A stretch of DNA of 64,000 nucleotides, from NCBI GenBank assembly GCA_951406725.2, contig OX597827.1:62434001-62498000 (forward strand), written 5' to 3'. The translations under genes were made by a program, and so were the position numbers. A model generated the notes under the pieces. That model did not search any database, had not been told where the DNA came from, and was given only the letters and a program-made list of their open reading frames with translations. Shown piece by piece: positions 54,488 to 64,000 of this stretch; positions within the stretch are counted from its first letter, which is position 1, and the number at the start of each line of letters is the position of its first letter. This stretch comes from Octopus vulgaris. Its lineage: Eukaryota.

Positions 54488-55145
54488 TGTCACGAATCCT
54501 GCCCTACAATGGCATGGATTGTAAGATAGGGTATTAAAGAATCGAAGGAAGTCTATCTTTAATAAAATGCTAATGTTCGTGCCCGAGGATTTCCCATCAC
54601 AAGGGCCAGTCCTTGCTGCGGTGTAGCCGCTTGTTTGCTTCAATGACCTCATGGTTTCCGCCAGTGGAGCTTAAGCTACTGACGTGTCTCTCATGTTGGG
54701 CGACTCAAAGGATAAAGGCCCATTCTCCGAGGAACAGACGGTTTTGCGAAGAGCTTACGAAATCATCAATGAAAATTCAAAACCAAAAAACCCCGAAGGA
54801 CGACAGATAAGAATCCCGAACAGTGAAAAATCGAAGATGGTCTATATTCAGATCAATACTTCCGAAAATAAAATGTTGTCTATACTCTCCGTCGTTCTGA
54901 AAACAATGATTTAACTTCAATAATTACCGTATGTCATGGTATATAATACAGTGCTTTTTTCTCAAAATAAAATGTCTCAAAATTCACTCCGGATCCTATA
55001 AGTGAATCTGAGCCTCTCATATGCTAATCTTATCCTTTACGTTCCAGTTTCCCGGAGTATGCCCTGCTGAGATTGGGTGTGTGTCTAAAACGCCCATATG
55101 TCTTTCATGCCATCAAATATTACCTATTCAAGTTCTTAGGTAACA
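54488..55145. mobile_element. Candidate solo LTR
   Basis: TGTCAC...GTAACA termini; flanks tcgtc/atgtc only partly match. Confidence 0.35.
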
Positions 55146-55192
55146 ATGTCGCAGAAATATTAGACATCTTGGGGTATGAATAACCAATCCTT

Positions 55193-56254
55193 CAATTTGA
55201 TAAACATTAAACCGATAAAGAATAAAAAGCACACTGACAATCCATGTTTGTATATGCTTAGAGATAAACTAATCAAACATTAATTAACTTAAACCACAAT
55301 TATGATGTCGGGGTGGAAATCTACGCCGCCATCTCTTCAGGTATCCGGCCACTGATATATATATTAATAATAAATAATATTCAACAACCGTCTACATATT
55401 TCACTGCCTTAAACCTGATAAAGTGTCCGCTAAATAATTCATATATTTCGAACTCTACAGATTATTAAACAAAAAATACTTATAACTGATAAACTGGGTG
55501 AACTGGAAATCAATTTAAAAAAAGGTTCAATCAACATCTATATTCTTTGAGATACCTAATATATCTTCGAACACAGATTAATCAAAATACACATGACCTT
55601 TGAAAAATTTCAGAATGGTCAGAAAATGTGTTGTGAATACAGTAGAATACACTAAACTCTACAAATAGAATGACTACAACTGTAAACTTTACTTCTCATG
55701 TGAAACGAATATTTTGCTTTAGAAATATTTCATCTTGGACAAACTTTCATAATGTATTCATATGTATTTTGGTAACGAATATAATTTTGTTCTTGACATA
55801 TTTTTAATTATTTAACAACAGAAAAATGTCTAGTGGCATAATGCAATCATGAACGTTCTAAAAATAATAAAGATAATTCTTTAGCAAATGGAAATGAAAA
55901 TATCGGTAGATGTTCGGAACAAAAGAGAGCAAAGTATTGGCTGTGTGGTTTAGGAAGGACGCACTGCTACCAGGTGGTTCCGAGTTCTGTAGAGTTCGAA
56001 ATATATGAATTATTTAGCGGACACTTTATCAGGTTTAAGGCAGTGAAAGATGTAGACGGTTGTTGAATATTATTTATTATTAATATATATATCAGTGGCC
56101 GGATACCTGAAGAGATGGCGGCGTAGATTTCCACCCCGACATCATAATTGTGGTTTAAGTTAATTAATGTTTGATTAGTTTATCTCTACGCATATACAAA
56201 CATGGATTGTCAGTGTGCTTTTTATTCTTTATCGGTTTAATGTTTATCAAATTG
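55193..56254. repeat. Inverted duplication, 269-bp near-identical arms, ~525-bp spacer
   Basis: 55193-55461 is inverse to 55986-56254; two mismatches noticed by eye. Confidence 0.9.
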
Positions 56255-56525
56255 TCTCCCGTCTATCAAATTCATTTACAATGGCTTGTTAGTGAATTTG
56301 ATAGATGCACTGTCTGTCTGTCTGCCTGTCTGTCTGTATATATGTACATATATATTATTCTCACATACAAACACTCACGCAGGCGAAATGGTTCTGAGAT
56401 TACCAATCCTTTATTATCTCACCTTTAAACATCTTTTGTCAAAATTTTCCCCCATTCAGTCGCCAAGCTTGAGTGCTAACTCCACAAGTTTTTTTCTATT
56501 CTCTCTCTGTTTATTTTTTCTTATT

Positions 56526-56562
56526 CTTTACTGTTGAAGAGCGTAGACTCGAAATGTAGAAG
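56526..56562 (+). ncRNA. Decayed variant hammerhead motif (CUGUUGA core)
   Basis: cttta CTGTTGA a gagc-gtag-actc GAAA tgta gaag. Confidence 0.4.
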
Positions 56563-56675
56563 ACTTTTTCACTTTCCCGGGAGTCAAACTAATACACTTG
56601 CTTGTTGTTCATACACCTGCCTTCGCCTCTCGTTTTTATATAAATTTCAACTATATATACATGTCTATACATACA

Positions 56676-56752
<77 letters not shown>

Positions 56753-57246
56753 CTTAAAAGCCACCCGAAAGGGCAGCTTTTAAGCTAGTATATAGCTTTT
56801 AAGCAACTGACCCCGAATTGGGAGATCTGCAAACGGAAATCTGATTTGTTTTGGAGAATTTGTTGCAATTCTTAGCAGTATTTCACCCATCGCTAAGTTC
56901 TGAGTTCAAATTCTGCCGAGGTTCACTTTGCCTTTCATCCTTTCAGGGTCGATAATTATCAGTGAAACACTTCCCATAAAATTTCAAACCTTGTGACTAT
57001 AATAGAAAGGATTATTATTATTATAAATAGGCGATGTGGCAGAATCATTAGCACGCCTTTACTGAGTTCAAGTTCCGTCGAAGTCAACTTTACCTTTTAT
57101 CCTTTTGCAGTCATTGAAAGAATTAGCAGGTGCTGACCCCTTTCTCAAAACTTCAGACGTTATGTCTATAGTAAAGAGGATTGTTATTTTGCTCTAGATC
57201 AAGTCTGATGAAGTCGATTCGTGAGAGAAAGCATTTCAGTACCGAC

Positions 57247-57296
<50 letters not shown>

Positions 57297-57691
57297 TACC
57301 CTTTTACTATTTTACTTGTTTCAGTCATTTGACTGCGGCCATGCTGGAGCACCGCCTTTAGTCGAGCAAATCGACCCCGGGACTTATTCTTTGTAAGCCC
57401 AGTACTTATTCTATCGGTCTCTTTTGCCGAACCGCTAAGTGACGGGGACGTAAACACACCAGCATTGGTTGTCAAGCAATGCTAGGGAGACAAACACAGA
57501 CACACACATACATATATATACATATATACGACAGGCTTCTTTCTGTTTCTGTCTACCAAATCCACTCACAAGGCATTGGTCGGCCCGGGGCTATAGCAGA
57601 AGACACTTGCCCAAGATGCCACGCGGTGGGACTGAACCCGGAACCATGTGGTTGTTTAGCAAGCTACTTAGCACACAGCCACTCCTGCGCC
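57297..57691 (-). mobile_element. Full-length tRNA-SINE family A
   Basis: Reverse copy of 60703-61109. Confidence 0.9.
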
Positions 57692-58322
57692 AGTATATAT
57701 ATATATATACATATATATCATATACATCTGTTAAGAGGTAGCTGGTTGAGTTGAACGTACAAAACCTAAAGTGATGCAATAAAAAAAATGCATTGTATCG
57801 TCTATCAACCCCTGCATGTTGGAATATCAAAGTCGATCTCGACAAAATTTGAACACTGATCCTAAAAAAGAACAGAGAGTGCAACACATTTTCTCCTCTA
57901 CCGCTTTTCCAATTGAGAAACCGACCACCTTTATAATGAGAGGTTTTTGTTATTCTCAACAGATAATGATATATTGATGAACGTAAATACCATGATTCAA
58001 TTCTTGTGACAAAATACCTGCTACAATGGCAACGGTGTTTTGTTTTTCTTTTATATTTCTTTCTGTTGAGAAGTCTTATTGAAAAGAAACATCTCTATTG
58101 TGTGTTGGCCTTTGCACGTGTACACAAACACACACAAGTAGACCTACACCCAACCATGCACAAACACATTAGCACAGCTATACATACACGCATATACACA
58201 CACACGTAGATATACACACAAATACGAAAATATACGCGTTTACATTATAAGGACCCACGTAAATAACACACTATGTTACACACATATTCGGACACCAGCA
58301 CATACTGTCATACATAAAAAGA

Positions 58323-58390
<68 letters not shown>

Positions 58391-58761
58391 TATATATATA
58401 TATATATACACATGCACACACACACCCAGATACACATACACACACATACACACAGATACACAAACACACGCGTACCAAAACAGTCACATATACGTGTATT
58501 TATATACAAGCGTACTCTGATCCAAATTATCTGACACAGTCGTTATTGAAACATACAAACGTAAAGGCATACAAAAGTAGAGGCAGTGGCGTATACACAA
58601 ACAGACATGCGCATCCGCCTGCGTTGCCACGAGCACTCTTACAGAGTCATAGGCAGCTATATATATATATAGGGAGAGTTTACGAAAAAAACAAAAGACG
58701 AAGACAGGTGGTGTACAAAACAAACAGATGTAGTAGTATAACGCTCAAGAATAGAAAAAGT

Positions 58762-58797
58762 CTTTTACGTTTCGAGCCTATGCTCTTCTACAGAAAG
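58762..58797 (-). ncRNA. Variant minimal hammerhead motif (CUGUAGA core) in a ~195-bp repeat (58670-58865)
   Basis: cttt CTGTAGA a gagc-atag-gctc GAAA cGTA aaag. Confidence 0.5.
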
Positions 58798-58989
58798 GGA
58801 CACAGAAAAAAAAAACACAAGGAGAGAAAAAAATGTGCGTAGTGGCTAATGATCTATCATAGCGATTGATACATATATATATATAATTTGGGAAAACAAA
58901 TTTCCAAATCAATCAGGTGTAACCCTACAGCGTTATATGCATCCACACATCGTACTTTCGGGTCTTATTTATCGCTTACTTATACATTT

Positions 58990-59342
58990 GTGAAGGGGCA
59001 TGGCTCAGTGTTTAGGGCATCGGGCTTACGATCGTATGGCTGTGAGTTCCATTCCCGGACCGGGTTGCGTGTTGTATTCTTGAGCAAGAGACTTTATTTC
59101 ACGTTGTTCCAGTTAACTCAGCTGTAGAAATGAGATGCCACATCACTGGTCTCAAGCTGTACTGGCCTTTGCCTTTGACTTTCTGTTGGATAACATCAGT
59201 GGTGTAGAGAGGGTGGCTGGTATGCATGGGCGACTGCTGGTCTTCCATAAACAATCTTGCCCGGACTTGTACCTCGGGGGATGGGGTTTCTTTCTAGATG
59301 CAATCCCACGGTCATTCATGACCGAGGAGTGTCTCCCATTTA
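58990..59342 (+). mobile_element. tRNA-SINE with family C-like head and a distinct tail
   Basis: tggctcagtgtttag A-box, gagttccattcc B-box, tttcacgttgttccagt core. Confidence 0.7.
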
Positions 59343-59389
59343 TATATTCATCTATAAATATACAAAGTATCTGATAAAAGTCAATATTC

Positions 59390-59815
59390 AATTTTGGGGG
59401 ATTAATCGATATGCGGGTATTCTATTTCAGATACTACAAAAATAATCTAATGCGTATATCTGATAATAAACTCATGATATCAGTTTTCACATCACGAAAT
59501 AATACTTAAAAGATATAAAACAAAATTTCCAGCTGGGTATATAATGTACTTCACTAATTATATGATGCTTTAATTAATATTTATGTTTATTAAATATGAA
59601 GGAACTACATATTTAATAAATATAAGTATTAACTAAAGTATGATATAATTAATGAAGTATATTATATACCCTGATAGTAATTTTGGTTATATCCTTTAAG
59701 TATTATTTCGTGATGTGCAAACTGATATCATGAGTTTATTGTCAGATACACGCATTAGGCTATTTTTGTAGTATCTGAAATAGAATACCCGCATATCGAT
59801 TAATCCCCCAAAATT
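59390..59815. repeat. Foldback palindrome (~208-bp arms, 9-bp loop)
   Basis: 59390-59598 is inverse to 59608-59815. Confidence 0.9.
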
Positions 59816-59817
59816 AA

Positions 59818-59859
<42 letters not shown>

Positions 59860-59942
59860 CAATAAGAAAATGGAGGGGATCAATATGTGCTTCATCAACT
59901 TTTAGACATTATATTATGTCAACTAATTTATTTACTAAAATG

Positions 59943-60310
59943 GCAATTATAATAATATACATACATGTATAACATATTATGCTTTACATATAACATATAT
60001 TAAAATATAATATACACGAATATAAAAGAATATAAATTGGGAAGACTTTTTTCCCAATTTATATTCCTGTATGTTATATTTTAACTATTTATATTCCTGT
60101 ATGATATATTTTAATAATTACTGGTATCTTTATATATTAATATATTTTATGTGTAAAGCATAATGTCATACATGTATGTATATTATTGTAATTGCTATTT
60201 TCAACACTCCTACCGATATCGAATCTCAGTAACTAATGAAGTATTAGTTCATAATATCATCACTATTTGCCCAATTATGAATAGCTCCGACAATTAGAAA
60301 CCGGTTGATT
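59943..60310 (+). mobile_element. Penelope-like remnant: inverted arms plus decayed hammerhead
   Basis: 59943-60010 is inverse to ~60130-60196; CTAATGA (60233) ...ttcataat/attatgaa... GAAACCGGTT (60297-60306). Confidence 0.45.
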
Positions 60311-60435
60311 ATATAAACATTTTGTCGCGTAAATACTTTTGTCCAGCATAAGAATTCCAGTCCGTTTCCCCATTTTATTTCCCGTATAATTCACCGTGTG
60401 AATTTTTTTCTAATTATATATATATATATTTATAA

Positions 60436-60692
60436 GTAGGGGTGCGCGGCTTAGTGGGGAGGCTGTCAGCATCATGATCGTAAGATTGTGGTTTCGATTC
60501 CTGAACCGGGAGACGCATTGTGTTCTTGAGCACAACACTTCATTTCACGTTGCTCCAGTCCACTCAGCTGGCAAAAAGGAGTAACACTGCGATGGACTGG
60601 CGTCCCATCCAGCTGGGGAACACATACGCCATTGAAACCGGGAAACCGGGCCCATGAGCCTGGCTAGGCTTTAAAAGGGCGCATTAAAAAAA
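60436..60692 (+). mobile_element. tRNA-SINE family C
   Basis: Aligns to 35237-35492. Confidence 0.85.
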
Positions 60693-60702
60693 ATATATAT
60701 AT

Positions 60703-61107
60703 AGGCGCAGGAGTGGCTGTGTGGTAAGTAGCTTGTTTACCAACCACATGGTTCTGGGTTCAGTCCCACTGCGTGGCACCTTGGCAAGTGTCTTCTACTA
60801 TAGCCTCGGGCCGACCAAAGCCTTGTGAGTGGATTTGGTAGACGGAAACTGAAAGAAGTCCGTCGTATATATGTATATATATATATATATATATGCGTGT
60901 GTGTATTTGTGTGTGTGTCCCTAGCATTGCTTGACAACCGATGCTGGTGTATTTATGTCCCCGTTACTTAGCGGTTCGGCAAAAGAGACCGATAGAATAA
61001 GTACTGGGCTTACAAAAGAATAAGTCCCGGGGTCGAGTTGCTCGATTAAAGGCGGTGCTCCAGCATGGCCGCAGTCAAATGACTGAAACAAGTAAAAGAG
61101 TAAAGAG

Positions 61108-61109
<2 letters not shown>
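60703..61109 (+). mobile_element. Full-length tRNA-SINE family A
   Basis: As for 52954-53364. Confidence 0.9.
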
Positions 61110-61142
<33 letters not shown>

Positions 61143-61786
61143 GTATATATATATATGAGTGTGTGTGTGTTTGTATGTATGTGTATACTATAGCATATAT
61201 ATGTATGTATATATATTTTTATATATAGAGATAGATAGATAGATGTATACATACACACCGACACGCACCGCGTGCGAACAGACACACATATATACCTACA
61301 CGAGGTACTTCAGCGCAGTTTCCCCCAAACAATTTTACTCACAAGGCATTGGTCAACCCAGAGATATAGGTCATATGAAATCCTTGCCGGAGATGATGTG
61401 CAGTGGGGAACCGAACACGAAACTGCATGTTTGCAAAGCAGGTTTGTTAACCACACGGCCTAAAGCATAACGTACATGAGCATTCAAAATGAATAACAAG
61501 CACGTCAATGATTTATAACAAGATATATCATAACAACTGCATCAACAACAAAAAAAAAACAACCACCACAGCAACAACAACAACAACAGCATTTGCAGAA
61601 ATAGAGAACATAGACAATTTCAATAAACAAAGCAAAACACTGATAGACACCATTTTCTGTTTGTGACAGGAGAAAATATGATACGATGCTTAGGTAAATT
61701 TCTGTGGTTTCCTAGCATGTAATTGAATTAACATGTATTTAAGATACACAAATGCGTATATGTATGTATGTAGGCATGTATGTATG

Positions 61787-61820
<34 letters not shown>

Positions 61821-61976
61821 TGTATGTATGTATGTATGTATGTATGTATGTATGCATGTATGCATGTATGTATGTATATATATATATATACATACACGTT
61901 AATATATATATATATATATATATACGAATACACACACACATATATATATATATACACATACATATATAGATACATA

Positions 61977-62057
<81 letters not shown>

Positions 62058-62126
62058 TGTTATAGAATAGAAATATATACACGCAACATGTTCTGAGGCA
62101 TGCATATTGAAGAATATTTACTACTG

Positions 62127-62162
<36 letters not shown>

Positions 62163-62288
62163 AACAGATATATATGTATATATGTATATAAACATATATA
62201 TATATATATAAACATACATATCTATATCTATATATATATTTATATATGATTATATATAAGTACACACATATACATATATACACACAGA

Positions 62289-62323
<35 letters not shown>

Positions 62324-62718
62324 GCGCGCACTAACATATACTTGACTGCTTTTACTTATTGATTAATATACCCACTGAGAAGGAAAAGGCGTTATACAAC
62401 ACAAGCATAGCTATAAACGTACATACACTCATATATATATATACCATAACGTGTGGTTACATCTTCGTTCGGGTGCGTATATATGTGTGTGAATATATAT
62501 TTAAAACGGTAAATGAATCAAAGAAAAGTTATGAAAAACACATGAGCTTTGCAAGAGACGGACATGGAGGTTTATATGCATGTACTCTTTCGTCCACAAA
62601 TACATACTTGTGTATACACGTAATATATACTTTGTTCCACAAAATTGATTTGTAAAGACGTAGATAAGAGCATCTGCATAGATATAAGTTGATTTACATA
62701 CAAACACAAATACAACAT

Positions 62719-62797
<79 letters not shown>

Positions 62798-63566
62798 CAT
62801 ATATGTATACATATACACATATATATATATATATAATATAAATTTCCTTGCTGTGGGTAAAAGAAAATGCTGGAGGATTAGTTAATTACGATTTTGTTTA
62901 GGATCTTCCCCTCTCTGATTCACACACTTCTTGCAGCGGCCCTTTAGTTTTTTTTTTAATCCCTGTGAAAGAACCCGGAAGTTTGGGTCTGAGCCAGACC
63001 TTTGACCTTAAGACAGGAACTTTACAGCACACCCTTGTATGTATGTATGTATGTATGTATGTATGTATGTATGTATGTATGTATGTATGTATGTATGTAG
63101 GTATGTATGTTTGTATGTATGTATGTATGTATGTATCTATCTATCTATGTATGTTTGTGTGTATGTGTGTATGCTTGTATATATATATGTATATGTGTAT
63201 TTATGTTTGTGTGTAAGTATGTATGTGTGCATATATGCATGTATGTATATGTGTGTGTATATATGTGTGTATGTATATATATATATATATAAAATGTTTG
63301 GATGCATTTATACATTGAAACGTAGGTTTATACGCAGACACGTATATACACATATCTATATCTACTCGTAATTATGTATATATGCTGCGTTTATGTGTAT
63401 GTATGAATGTATGCGCGAATATACACACATGCGAGTATATAGGATGAGTGTAGAAATATACACAGTTATACATACCACATAGCGATTTATATATACGTAC
63501 ATTTATGTATGTTTGAGATGTCTATTGTGCGTCTACATTTGTGTAGAAGTAGTGCGATCTATCTAT

Positions 63567-63616
<50 letters not shown>

Positions 63617-64000
63617 CTATTTGTCTAGGAATCACAATAAATATCTTTAGACACATGCACACACACACACACATCCACACACACACATACACGTCTGCTT
63701 ACACACATATACATACGCACACACACACTCACACACACCTATACATAGCTATATATGAAACGCTCTTATAGATGCTTGGCAATTACTTTAAGCAAAATGT
63801 ACGTATAATATATCATACGTACACAAGCTTGCTTAATGGCGGCCATTTTGAATATACTTTTCACTTAAGTGTGTAATAGTTTTTGTATCTCACCTTACAA
63901 AAGTTATATTTTGTTGGGCGTTTTATCATTGGAATTTTTCATCGGAATCGAAATCATGAAATCTACTTTGGAAATTTAGTTTCAAATTCACGAAAGACCG

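Noticed and set aside
56101-56150. CTGAAGA...ccaccccGACA in the inverted duplication arms
   Set aside because: GAAA is absent and there is no stem I or III.
57205-57240. CTGATGA...GAAAGCATTTC
   Set aside because: Stems I and II do not pair.

Overview
AT-rich eukaryotic non-coding DNA (intron or intergenic), saturated with microsatellites ((TA)n, (CA)n, (ATCT)n, (ATGT)n, (ATT)n, (CAT/CGT)n) and transposon debris. From memory, the repeat content most resembles an octopod cephalopod genome (not verified). No host protein-coding gene can be supported, and almost all listed ORFs are microsatellite translations. Recognisable elements: several tRNA-derived SINE families; a young 5'-truncated R4/Dong-type LINE inserted in (TAA)n; RTE and CR1-like LINE 3' ends; mariner deletion derivatives; non-autonomous Helitrons; and a Penelope-like RT fragment. 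The main signal is about a dozen type I hammerhead-ribozyme motifs (CUGANGA...GAAA-palindromic stem III-NUH, intact to decayed). They lie in several unrelated 200-500 bp non-coding elements embedded in (TA)n, with inverted, direct or circularly permuted terminal repeats, suggesting a diverse Penelope-dependent retrozyme-like population; one member also has a tRNA/Pol III head. The window also carries an unusually high number of local foldback (inverted) duplications. All alignments and folds were done by eye, so coordinates may be off by a few bases.
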